In this document: positions 28,295 to 40,789 of the stretch, in pieces
Numbering within the stretch: position 1 is the first letter of the stretch
Layout: each line of letters begins with the position of its first letter
Origin: Phycisphaerae bacterium
Lineage (GTDB): Bacteria > Planctomycetota > Phycisphaerae > UBA1845 > Fen-1342
Direction: 5' to 3'
Length of the DNA stretch: 64,000 bases
NCBI GenBank assembly: GCA_050115495.1
Contig: JASFQK010000036.1
Span: 11,216-75,215 of the forward strand
The notes under the pieces: generated by a model
What the model was told of the DNA's origin: nothing
The model's input: only the letters and a program-made list of their open reading frames with translations
Database searches by the model: none
Program-made: the position numbers and the translations under genes

Positions 28295-29284
28295 TCAGGC
28301 GTAGTTGGTGAGGGCCTTCATGTAGTTGGCCCGCTCGAAGGCCGCCGGGTCCGGGCAGGACTTCTGGCTCATGCTGCCCTTCATCTGCTCGACGGACGTG
28401 TACTCGTGCTCGGTCATCCAGTCCTGCATTTCCTTGAGGATGGTGCCGACGGCCTTCGGGCCGTTGCGGAGCAGGACGGAGCAGAGCTGGGTCACGTCGG
28501 CCCCGGCCATGATCATCTTGATGGCGTCCAGGCCGGAGGCGATGCCCGTGGTGGCCGCCAGGCTGACCTGCACGTGGCTGCGCAGGACGGCGATCCAGCG
28601 GAGCGGCAGGCGCATCTCGTAGGGGGTGCTCAGTTGCAGGTTGGGCTGCACCTCGAGCTGCTCGAGGTCGATGTCCGGCTGGTAGAAGCGGTTGAAGAGC
28701 ACGAGGCCGTTGGCGCCGGCCGTCTCCAGCCGCCGGGCCATCGCCGCCATGGCGCTGAAGAACGGGCTCAGCTTCAGGGCGACGGGGATCGTGACGGATT
28801 TCTTGACGGCCTTGAGCACGTCTTCGTAGAGGCGCTCGATCTTCTCGCCCGTCTGGTCCGGCTGCGTGGCCAGGAAGTACACGTTGAGCTCGAGGCCATC
28901 GGCGCCGGCGTCCTGCATCTTGCGGGCGTACTCGGTCCAGCCGCCGACCGTCGCCCCGTTCAGGCTGGCGATGACGGGAATGCTCACCGCCTTCTTCACG
29001 TTGGCGATGTGTTCGAGGTACTGCTCGGGGCCGAGGCGGTATTCATCCACTTCGGGGAAGAAGCTCAGGGCTTCGGCGTAGCTCTCGGTGCCGGCGGCGA
29101 GGTGATGGTCCAGTTCGCCGGCATCATGCCGGATCTGCTCCTCGAACAGCGAGTGCAGCACGATGGCGGCGGCGCCGGCGTCCTCCATCTGGCGGATGGC
29201 GTCGAGCTTGGCCGACAGGGGGCTGGCTCCGGGTACGAGGGGGTTCTTCAGCTTGAGACCCATGTAGGTGGTCGAAAGGTCCAT
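28295..29284 (-). CDS. Dihydroorotate dehydrogenase-like FMN protein (nifJ-associated type)
   Basis: DLSTTYMGLKLKNPL, SLFEEQ, PVIASLN, KLSPFF, LFNRFYQPDID, FERANY. Confidence 0.88.
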   Translation of the reverse strand: MDLSTTYMGLKLKNPLVPGASPLSAKLDAIRQMEDAGAAAIVLHSLFEEQIRHDAGELDHHLAAGTESYAEALSFFPEVDEYRLGPEQYLEHIANVKKAVSIPVIASLNGATVGGWTEYARKMQDAGADGLELNVYFLATQPDQTGEKIERLYEDVLKAVKKSVTIPVALKLSPFFSAMAAMARRLETAGANGLVLFNRFYQPDIDLEQLEVQPNLQLSTPYEMRLPLRWIAVLRSHVQVSLAATTGIASGLDAIKMIMAGADVTQLCSVLLRNGPKAVGTILKEMQDWMTEHEYTSVEQMKGSMSQKSCPDPAAFERANYMKALTNYA

Positions 29285-29368
29285 GGCAGCGTCTTTCCTT
29301 CGACTGGGGTGTACCAGGTTTCTGATCGTCCAGGCGGGCGCCGCCCGGCGGGCAGCGCCCACGCACCA

Positions 29369-32953
<3,585 letters not shown>

Positions 32954-33190
32954 GGATGCGATACTCCAACTCGTGAGGGTCGTTCGCACGAACCCGCAGG
33001 GTCCGTCGAAAAGGGGTACTGTACCACGATCACGGCTCGGCGTCCGGTATCCGTGGGTTAGTTTCTGTTGAACGCGTAGCTCGCCGACGGGCGGTCATGT
33101 GGCCGGGAACGCTCACGGCCCAAGGCGCTTTGCGAAGGTCGGCCGTGTCACGCATATCGGCAGGGGAGGCGTCGCGGATCTATGCCGCGC

Positions 33191-33239
33191 AAAAAAAAGG
33201 CACACCGCCGCTGCCGTGACCGAGTAGCGACGATGTGCT
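33191..33239 (-). terminator. Intrinsic terminator after S8 peptidase gene
   Basis: Minus strand GCACATCGTCGCT..AGCGGCGGTGTGC stem (with G-U pairs) then T8. Confidence 0.7.
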
Positions 33240-33271
33240 GATCGGTGCGCGCGTCCGCGCGCCTAGGGGTA

Positions 33272-36079
33272 TTATCGCCCCCGCCGACCCGGCCGCCGGA
33301 GGCAGCACAGGCCGAGGAGGGTAAGCGGGAGACAGCTCAGGGCGCCGGCGCCACAGCCCACGGGGAGGACAGCCGGCTGGGCGGAGTCGGCCGGGGTGCC
33401 GGTGTCGTCCGTCTGGCTGCCGTCGTCGGGCTGGTCCTGGCTCGCCTGAGTCTCGTCATCATCCTGGGATCCGTCGTCGTTGTTGTCGTCGTTGCCGTCA
33501 TCGTTGCCGTCGTCGGTGACCGAGACCTTGGCCCGGTGGATCGCGCTGTCGCAGGCGTCGCCGATGCCGTCGCGGTCGCGGTCGGTCTGATCGGGGTTCC
33601 AGACGTCGCGGCAGTTGTCGCAGGGGTCGCCGATGCCGTCGTGATCGGAGTCGATCTGGTCGGGGTTGGCGACGAACGGGCAGTTGTCGTCACAGTCGAA
33701 GACGGTGTCGAGGTCGGAGTCGTAGTCGACGGCCCCGCAGCCGCAACGGCCGGGCGAGGTCTTGTAGGGGTCGTCGGGGCAGTAGTCGACGCAGTCCGGC
33801 GTACCGTCGCCGTCGGTGTCGATCTCCGGGACGCCGCAACCGCAGATGCCGGCGTCGATGTGGTAAGGATCGTTGGGGCATTCATCCTGGCAGTCGGGGG
33901 CGCCGTCGCCGTCGCTGTCGATGTCGGAGACGCCGCAGCCGCAGACGCCGGGTTCGGTCTTGTTGTAATCGTTGGGGCAGTTGTCCAGGCAGTCGACGAC
34001 GCCGTCGCCGTCGCTGTCGATGTCGGCCTCACCGGGGCACTGGTCGACGCAGTCGGGGGTGCCGTCGCCGTCGGAGTCGGTGTCGGGCTCACCGCAGCCG
34101 CAGAAGCCGGGGTCGGACTTGTAGGGATCGTCGGGGCAGAGATCGCAGGGGTCGATCACGCCGTCGCCGTCCGAGTCACGTTCGAGCTCGCACTGGTCGA
34201 TCACACCGTTGTGGTCGCAGTCCAGCGAGGGATCGGTGGCGATGTCGCACTCGTCGGGGATCGTGTTGTTGTTGCAGTCGTCGCTGGTGCCGTTGGCGAT
34301 GTCGACGCTGTCCGGGATGCCGTTACCGTTGCAGTCGCCCTCCTGCACGATGGCTTCGGCGCCGGTGATGATGAGGGCGAAGTTGAGCCCGCCGCCGGGC
34401 AGCGTGCCCTTGTGCGAGACGGAGAGGCGGTACGTGTCGACTGTTGGGTTGTTGATGACGACCTGCTCGACGTTGTCCGTATTGTTGTCGCCGGTCGTGG
34501 CAGCGGCCGAGGGATTGGCGAGGTTGAGGACCCACGGGAAGTAAGTGGCGGAGCCGTCTTCGGCTTCGAGACGCAGGTCGAGATCGTAGACGAGCACCTT
34601 CGTCGGGTTGTCGAGTTCCTCGGGCGGCGGGTTGCCGGCGGCGTCGGTCCAGCAAATCGTCGCGCGAAGCTGCGAAACGCCCGTGGCCGGTGTAATGCGG
34701 AGGAAGACACTCTGACCGTAGGTGAGCTTCCACTCGTGTATGGTCAGCGGCTGGGACACGTCGGCACTGATGGTCTGGGCGGCCTTGAGCGTGTTCAGCA
34801 GGCCCCAGCCGTACGAGTAATCAGGGCCGGGAGCACTGCCGCACTCGTCGGCGGTGTGGATGACCAGGCCCTTGAGCGTGCAGGAGCGCATGTCGGCGTC
34901 GCCGGTGTGCGTCTGGCGCCAGTGCTGGATGAGCAGGCCGAGCGAGCCGGCCACGTTGGGCGAGGACATCGACGTGCCGGAGCCGTAGTCCCACGTGCCG
35001 CCGGTCACGGACGAGAGCAGCTCGTAGCCGTTGCCGGTGATGTCGGGCTTGATGCGGCCGTCGTCGGCCGGTCCCCACGAGGAGAACGTGGTCATCTGCA
35101 CCTGGCTGGGCGAGGAATACCCGCCGATCACGTCGCGCGTGGCGCCGACGGTCAGGATGTTCTTGGCCAGCGCGGCGCCTTCGATGCAGTCGTAGTCGCC
35201 GTCCGGATCGCGCGTCGCGTACCCACGGACCCAGCCTTGGCCGGGCTCGTACCAGATGTGCGACTCGCCCGGTCCGGGGCCGACGTCGCTACGGTCGTTG
35301 CCGGCGGAGCGTACGACCAGGTAGTACGGGCGCACGTTGGCGAGCATATCCCAGGTGCGGGCGTCACTGTCGTAGTGGCCGAAACGGTAGTCCTCCAATT
35401 CGCTCTTGGTCACGTCTCCGAACCAGTACCACTCTTCCTGCTGCGGGTCGAGGAAATTTCCCCACTCGAAACCGGCGACGAGGCCGTAGGAGTGGTTGGA
35501 GACGCGCAGGCCGCTGCCCGCCGCCGAGGAGGCCTCGGTCGTGTCGTTGTCCCAGTCATAGCAGTGGAGCTGCGCGCCCGGACACATGCCGCGCGTGGCG
35601 TAGTACGGGTTACCCGTCCAGGCCCCGCCACCGATCATCGTGCCGGCGACGTGCGTGGCGTGATCCCCGGTGCCTGCAGGGTTGTCCATCTGGACCGCCC
35701 GCGCTGCGCCGGGGCTGCTGAATTCGGGATGCGTGGTCTCGACGGCGTCGCCGTCCCAGACGCCCAGCGTGATGCCGCTGCCGGTGAGGTTCAGGCCGCT
35801 GGAGTAGCCGGGCCAGAGCTCGTCGGAACTGACGGAGTCGGCGGCGTTCAGGTTGTGCGTGACGAAATAGCGGGGAATGCCGCGTACGATGGCCTGGAGC
35901 TCGTAGGTGCGGCCGTTGTGGCCGACGTGTCGGACCTGCCAGCCGTTGTCGCGGGCGTACGTCTGGGCTTGCGCGCGATCGAGGATGGTCACCGACTGGC
36001 CGGTGGCGACGGGCTCCTGCCCCCACGCCACGCTGACCACGAGCAGGAAGAAGACACCGAGTACGAGCACACGCCGCAT
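33272..36079 (-). CDS. Secreted S8 subtilase with thrombospondin type-3-like Ca-binding repeats and C-terminal anchor
   Basis: Triad VWDGD / HATHVAGT / SGTSMSSP; repeats DSDGDG.PDC.D.CP.DP.K..PG.CGCG; tail [24 protein letters not shown]. Confidence 0.9.
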   Translation of the reverse strand: MRRVLVLGVFFLLVVSVAWGQEPVATGQSVTILDRAQAQTYARDNGWQVRHVGHNGRTYELQAIVRGIPRYFVTHNLNAADSVSSDELWPGYSSGLNLTGSGITLGVWDGDAVETTHPEFSSPGAARAVQMDNPAGTGDHATHVAGTMIGGGAWTGNPYYATRGMCPGAQLHCYDWDNDTTEASSAAGSGLRVSNHSYGLVAGFEWGNFLDPQQEEWYWFGDVTKSELEDYRFGHYDSDARTWDMLANVRPYYLVVRSAGNDRSDVGPGPGESHIWYEPGQGWVRGYATRDPDGDYDCIEGAALAKNILTVGATRDVIGGYSSPSQVQMTTFSSWGPADDGRIKPDITGNGYELLSSVTGGTWDYGSGTSMSSPNVAGSLGLLIQHWRQTHTGDADMRSCTLKGLVIHTADECGSAPGPDYSYGWGLLNTLKAAQTISADVSQPLTIHEWKLTYGQSVFLRITPATGVSQLRATICWTDAAGNPPPEELDNPTKVLVYDLDLRLEAEDGSATYFPWVLNLANPSAAATTGDNNTDNVEQVVINNPTVDTYRLSVSHKGTLPGGGLNFALIITGAEAIVQEGDCNGNGIPDSVDIANGTSDDCNNNTIPDECDIATDPSLDCDHNGVIDQCELERDSDGDGVIDPCDLCPDDPYKSDPGFCGCGEPDTDSDGDGTPDCVDQCPGEADIDSDGDGVVDCLDNCPNDYNKTEPGVCGCGVSDIDSDGDGAPDCQDECPNDPYHIDAGICGCGVPEIDTDGDGTPDCVDYCPDDPYKTSPGRCGCGAVDYDSDLDTVFDCDDNCPFVANPDQIDSDHDGIGDPCDNCRDVWNPDQTDRDRDGIGDACDSAIHRAKVSVTDDGNDDGNDDNNDDGSQDDDETQASQDQPDDGSQTDDTGTPADSAQPAVLPVGCGAGALSCLPLTLLGLCCLRRPGRRGR

Positions 36080-36393
36080 GGATACACCTCTTTCGCGTTT
36101 GTTCGGGGCTGGTCGTCGCCTGCCGCCCGCAGACGGCTTCACTACTCGCCGGGGCGGTGCTGCCACCGCACCCAGACCCGTGCCGTCGTCAGGCATCCTT
36201 GCCGCAAAGCGCCCGCACCGCGCAGCGGTCCCCCGTCACGCGTGTCCCCTGGGGACCGGAGTCGTGGGCTCGCCAGCAAGCCAACAGCGCGGGCTCGCCC
36301 CAGCCGCTCTCCACAACGTCCAGTGTAGCTCCGCGGGCCGGTGCATTCAACCGCGTTTCGCTGCTTGAGTTAGCTGCTGAGAGAGAGGGGCGG

Positions 36394-38001
36394 TCAGCCG
36401 CCGGCGGGCTGCCCGTCGGCTGCGCCATTATCGGCGTGCGCGGAGTGGTTTTCCGCCTCGATGACGATCCCGCTGGCGCGCGTGTCGCGGACCCCGGTGT
36501 CATCCAGTTCGGCGACGAAGGTGGGGAAGAGCACTGTGAAACTGGAACCGCGCCCGGGGCGTGAGTAAACGATCATCCGCCCGCCCGACTGCTCCACGAC
36601 CTCGCGGACGATGGACAGACCCATGCCCGTTCCGGGGATACCCGCCGCCAGGGCGTTGCTTCCCCGACGAAACGCGTCGAAGATCGACGCGCCGCCCGCG
36701 TCGTCCTTGCTTGGCAGCCCCTTGGCGTCGATACCGATCCCGGTATCCCGCACGATGACGTACACGTACTCCCGGTCGTCGCGGCGACCGGACGGCGCCA
36801 GAGCGGGGGCCTTGCCGACGAACACCATCACGCGGACGGTCCCGCCGGCGGGGGTGTACTTGATCGCGTTTTCGATCAGGTTGCCGACGCAATCGTTAAG
36901 ATCCGCCTCGTGCACGCGCACGGACAGGTCGATGCCCTCCGGGACCTGCCAGGTGAATTCGAGACCCTTTTCCTCTGCGACCGGTGCATCCTGGCGGCAT
37001 AGCTTGGTGACGACGCTCCCCATGTCCACGCGGGCGGCGCGGTGGCGACGTGGGTCGGCGTCCTGCACCCGCGCCAGTGTCAACAACTCGGTGACCTGCA
37101 CGATCCCTTCGCGCGAGCGGCGGACGATCTTGTCGCAGGTGCTCTTGACGTCCTCGTCACTGGTGAGGATGCCGTCGCGGATCAGGTTGGCCAGCGTCTG
37201 CACCATTGCCAGCGGGCTCTTGAGCTGGTGGGCGGCGGTCTGCATGAAGCGCGAACGACGGCGCTGAAGATCCTGAATGGCCACTTGCGATTTGTGCAGG
37301 GCGGCGTTGATGGCGGCCAATTGGCTCTGCCGGCGGTCCAGCAGCTTGCCGATGCGGTCCATGAAGTACAGCGTGCCGAAAACGGCGAAGGCCACGATCA
37401 GCACGACGAGCGCGACGTGCTGCGGGACCATGTGCTGCGTGTCCGCGCCGAGGTGCGGCAGGAAGGGGTAGTAGGGAATCCAGCCCTGCGCCTGTCCGAC
37501 GCACATCGTCGTGTACAGCACGACGGCCCACGCGCTTTGCAGCGCCGCCTGCCAGGTGCGCAGCAGCAGGCCGGTGATAGCCACGTGGAAGAGGTAGAAC
37601 AGCGACATCGGGTTCTCGACGCCGCCGGTGAGGGCGAGAATGCACGTCAGCAACAGGAGGTCCGTCGCGATCTGGGCGCTGGCGTACGTCTGCCCGCTAC
37701 GGATCGTGGCCCGCAGGTCTTTCTCCGGGTTCTCCAACTGGTGTCGGAACAGCCGGGAAACGACGACCCAGACGCAGTTTACGCCGGCCACGCAGAGCAC
37801 GGCGATCCACAGCGCCCAGGGGCGTTGGACGGCGCTGGCCGGGTTGAAGATCCGCTCGCACACCAGCACGACGAAGCCGCCGGCGGCGAAGATCCAGCGC
37901 AAGCGTACGAACCAGTGCAGTTGCAGCAGCACGACCAGGGCGTAGGGCTTGCCCGGACCAGCGCCCGCGTCGGTCAGGGTTCTCCCGGTATCCTCCGGCA
38001 T
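36394..38001 (-). CDS. Membrane sensor histidine kinase
   Basis: Several TM helices; AAHQLKSPL, NLIENAIKYT, DTGIGI, GTGMGL. Confidence 0.9.
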   Translation of the reverse strand: MPEDTGRTLTDAGAGPGKPYALVVLLQLHWFVRLRWIFAAGGFVVLVCERIFNPASAVQRPWALWIAVLCVAGVNCVWVVVSRLFRHQLENPEKDLRATIRSGQTYASAQIATDLLLLTCILALTGGVENPMSLFYLFHVAITGLLLRTWQAALQSAWAVVLYTTMCVGQAQGWIPYYPFLPHLGADTQHMVPQHVALVVLIVAFAVFGTLYFMDRIGKLLDRRQSQLAAINAALHKSQVAIQDLQRRRSRFMQTAAHQLKSPLAMVQTLANLIRDGILTSDEDVKSTCDKIVRRSREGIVQVTELLTLARVQDADPRRHRAARVDMGSVVTKLCRQDAPVAEEKGLEFTWQVPEGIDLSVRVHEADLNDCVGNLIENAIKYTPAGGTVRVMVFVGKAPALAPSGRRDDREYVYVIVRDTGIGIDAKGLPSKDDAGGASIFDAFRRGSNALAAGIPGTGMGLSIVREVVEQSGGRMIVYSRPGRGSSFTVLFPTFVAELDDTGVRDTRASGIVIEAENHSAHADNGAADGQPAGG

Positions 38002-38114
38002 CGGGCAGTACTCCGACGGTGCGGCTCGCGTTTCGGCAGAACTGAGACCAGAACGCGGACTGGGTCTGAGCCGCGGGGCCAGAACGAACTGAAGGTGCGC
38101 CTCGCTCCCCTAGC

Positions 38115-39176
38115 TTAACAGATGCGGGGCAATTCCTCACCGTAAGGTCGCTGCACGATTCGGCGACCGCCGGCCCGGGTGAGGAGTTCGACCAGGGGCG
38201 GCTGGGACTGGCAGACGCGGCCGATGACGGCGGCCTGACGCCCGAGCGGATGACCGCGCCAGGCGGCCAGGGCCCGGTCGGCGTCATTGGCGGCTACCAC
38301 GCCGATCACCTTGCCCTCGTTCGCCACGGTCAGCGGGTCGAGGCCGAGCATCTCGGCGGCGTGGCGGGCGGTCGGTGAAACGGGGATGCGCTCTTCATCG
38401 ATCTCGACACTGTGGCCGGTACCCTCGCTGATGTCGGCCAGCACGCCGGCCAGACCGCCGCGCGTGGCGTCCCGCAGGAAGCGAACATCGGCGCCGCTGT
38501 CGAGGAGGGCGGCGATGAGGCCGTTGAGCGGGGCGGCGTCGGTGCGCAGGTCTGATTCAAACGCGATTCCGGCGCGGACGGACATGACGGTCAAGCCGTG
38601 GTCGGCGAGGTTGCCATTGACCAGGATGACGTCGCCCGGGCCGACGCGGTCGATGGCCAGGCGGGCGTCGGGGCGGCGCCGGCCGACGCCGGCGGTGTTG
38701 ATGAAGAGCCCCGATTCCAGGGTGGCTTCGCCGGTTTGGCCGGATCGGCGGCGGTCGATGACTTTCGTGTCGCCGGTGACGATGGAGACGCCGGCCTCGC
38801 GGGCGGTGGCGGCGATCGTGGCCACGATGCGGTCGAGCGTAGCGAGCGGCAGGCCCTCTTCGATGATCAGGCCGAGGCTCAGGGCGACCGGTTCAGCGCC
38901 CATGACGGCGAGATCGTTGACCGTGCCGGCGACGGCCAGGCGGCCGATGTCGCCGCCGGGGAATTCGAGCGGGGTGACGACGTAGGAATCGGTGGTGAGG
39001 ACGAGGTCGCCGGCGGGCCAGGGCAGGACGGCGCCGTCGGTGAGGGCGGTCAGCGTGTCGTTGGCGAGTGGGCCGACGAGATGGTCGCGGATGAGGCGCG
39101 ACATGAGTTCGCCCCCGCCGCCGTGGGCCAGAACGACGTGGTCGTGGGTTTGTCGGCGATTGGTGGAAGTGGTCAT
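38115..39176 (-). CDS. hypE: Hydrogenase maturation protein HypE
   Basis: LAHGGGG, TTDSYVV, GGDIG.LAV.GTVNDLA, DATRGG, ANEG, C-terminal PRIC. Confidence 0.96.
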   Translation of the reverse strand: MTTSTNRRQTHDHVVLAHGGGGELMSRLIRDHLVGPLANDTLTALTDGAVLPWPAGDLVLTTDSYVVTPLEFPGGDIGRLAVAGTVNDLAVMGAEPVALSLGLIIEEGLPLATLDRIVATIAATAREAGVSIVTGDTKVIDRRRSGQTGEATLESGLFINTAGVGRRRPDARLAIDRVGPGDVILVNGNLADHGLTVMSVRAGIAFESDLRTDAAPLNGLIAALLDSGADVRFLRDATRGGLAGVLADISEGTGHSVEIDEERIPVSPTARHAAEMLGLDPLTVANEGKVIGVVAANDADRALAAWRGHPLGRQAAVIGRVCQSQPPLVELLTRAGGRRIVQRPYGEELPRIC

Positions 39177-39250
39177 GGATGGGAATGTAACCGGTTTTTG
39201 TGGGTGTCAGAAGACGGGTGCGGGGCGGTTTGCGTGGCGTGTGGTTGCTG

Positions 39251-39337
39251 GCGCTGAAAAAGGGGACAGGCACCTCGGCGGGGGCGTGTTGAGAATGTGT
39301 GGGTCGGTTGCGTCGGAGCCAGTCCCCATTTTCAGCG
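39251..39337. repeat. Inverted-repeat element copy 2
   Basis: CGCTGAAAAAGGGGACAGGCACCTCG-34 nt-GTCGGAGCCAGTCCCCATTTTCAGCG; includes the hypD stop codon. Confidence 0.85.
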
Positions 39338-40411
39338 TGCGGCGGCGGCGCGGTGGTATTTGTACCAGGCGGCGCAGGTGCCTTCGCTGCTGACCATGCA
39401 GGGGCCGACGGGGTCGGTGGGTGTGCAGCGCGTGGCGAAGAGGGGGCAGTCGGCGGGCTCGGCCTTGCCCTGGATCACCTGACCGCACAGGCACGCGGGG
39501 TGGTCCTCATCCTCGCCGAGTGTCAGCCCGAAACGCTCGATGGCATCGAATCGGCGGTAGAGGGGTGCCAGCTCGAGGCCGCTGCCGGGGATCACGCCGA
39601 GTTCGCGCCACGGGGCGTCGGCGACGGAGAAGACGCGATCGATCATCGCCCGGGCGGCGGGGTTGCCCTCATCGCGAACGACCGCCGGGTAGGCGTTCTC
39701 AACCGCGGCCCGGCCTTCGGCGATTTGCCGGACGAGCTGCACGAGGCCGAGGAGGATCGGACGCGGCTCGAAGCCGGCGACGACGCACGGTCGGCGGTGT
39801 TGGTCGACGATCGGCTGGTACGCGGCGGTGCCGATGATCACGCTGACGTGGCCGGGGCAGAGGAAGCCGTCGAGCGGAACGTCCTCGGCTTCGAGCAGGG
39901 CGAGCATCGCCGGCACGACGAGCTTGTGGCACATGAGGACGCTGAAGTTCGCGACGTCGTCGCGGGCGGCTTCGAGGATGGTGGCAGCGGTTGCCGGCGC
40001 GGTTGTCTCGAAACCGACGGCGAGGAAGACGACCGGACGATCGGGGTTGGCGTGGGCGATTTGCAGGGCGGTGCGGGCTGAGTTAACGACGCGGACGTCG
40101 GCGCCGCGGGCACGCTGGCGTTCGAGACTGCCCTGGCGGCCGGGGACGCGGATCATGTCGCCGTACGTCGTGACGATCAGGTCAGGCCGGCCGGCGAGGT
40201 CGATGGCGGCGTCGATGTGCCGCTGAGCCGTGACGCAAACGGGGCAGCCGGGGCCACTGACGAGCCGCAGATTCTCAGGCAGGAGGCTGCGGATGCCGCT
40301 GCGGAAGATCGACACGGTGTGCGTGCCGCAGACTTCCATGACCTGCACCCGGCGGGACAACTGCCGGCACAGGGCGGCGAGCTCGTCGCGCAGCTCGGCG
40401 GTGTCGCTCAT
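39332..40411 (-). CDS. hypD: Hydrogenase maturation protein HypD
   Basis: MEVCGTH, GPGCPVCVT, GFETT, PGHVS, GPCMVSSEGTC. Confidence 0.97.
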   Translation of the reverse strand: MSDTAELRDELAALCRQLSRRVQVMEVCGTHTVSIFRSGIRSLLPENLRLVSGPGCPVCVTAQRHIDAAIDLAGRPDLIVTTYGDMIRVPGRQGSLERQRARGADVRVVNSARTALQIAHANPDRPVVFLAVGFETTAPATAATILEAARDDVANFSVLMCHKLVVPAMLALLEAEDVPLDGFLCPGHVSVIIGTAAYQPIVDQHRRPCVVAGFEPRPILLGLVQLVRQIAEGRAAVENAYPAVVRDEGNPAARAMIDRVFSVADAPWRELGVIPGSGLELAPLYRRFDAIERFGLTLGEDEDHPACLCGQVIQGKAEPADCPLFATRCTPTDPVGPCMVSSEGTCAAWYKYHRAAAAR

Positions 40412-40671
40412 GGTTGCTCCCCAGGTGGGGCGGATTCGCCGCCGGCCTCGGCCGCTGGATCGGTGAGGATCTGCTGGAGGTAGTCCCAGGTTTCGCGGGC
40501 CTCGGCTTCGTCGAGCTGCGAGATGGCGAAGCCGGCGTGGATCAGGACCCAGTCGCCGACGCCGGCTTCGGGCGTGAGGACGGTGCTGATCTGGAGCCGA
40601 TTTCCCTGGAGATCGACGGTGGCCAGGTCATCCTGCTGTTCGATGATCTTCGCGGGTACAGCCAGGCACAT
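40408..40671 (-). CDS. hypC: Hydrogenase chaperone HypC
   Basis: MCLAVP start, GDWVLIHAGFAI. Confidence 0.96.
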   Translation of the reverse strand: MCLAVPAKIIEQQDDLATVDLQGNRLQISTVLTPEAGVGDWVLIHAGFAISQLDEAEARETWDYLQQILTDPAAEAGGESAPPGEQP

Positions 40672-40709
40672 CGGGTTGCGCTCCGAAATTGACGTTAGCA
40701 GTCAGTCAG

Positions 40710-40787
40710 GAAAGGGGACAGGCACCTCGCGGGGTGCGGTGTCCGGGGCTGTCCGAGCGCTACGGCTCGGAGCCAGTCCCCTTTTTC
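40710..40787. repeat. Inverted-repeat element copy 3
   Basis: GAAAGGGGACAGGCACCTCG-36 nt-CTCGGAGCCAGTCCCCTTTTTC, immediately after hypF stop. Confidence 0.85.
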
Positions 40788-40789
40788 GA

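Noticed and set aside
33120..33160. c-di-GMP-I riboswitch upstream of nifJ (CGCAAAGC on minus strand)
   Set aside because: The upstream GGCAAAC/GNRA stem and downstream consensus are missing
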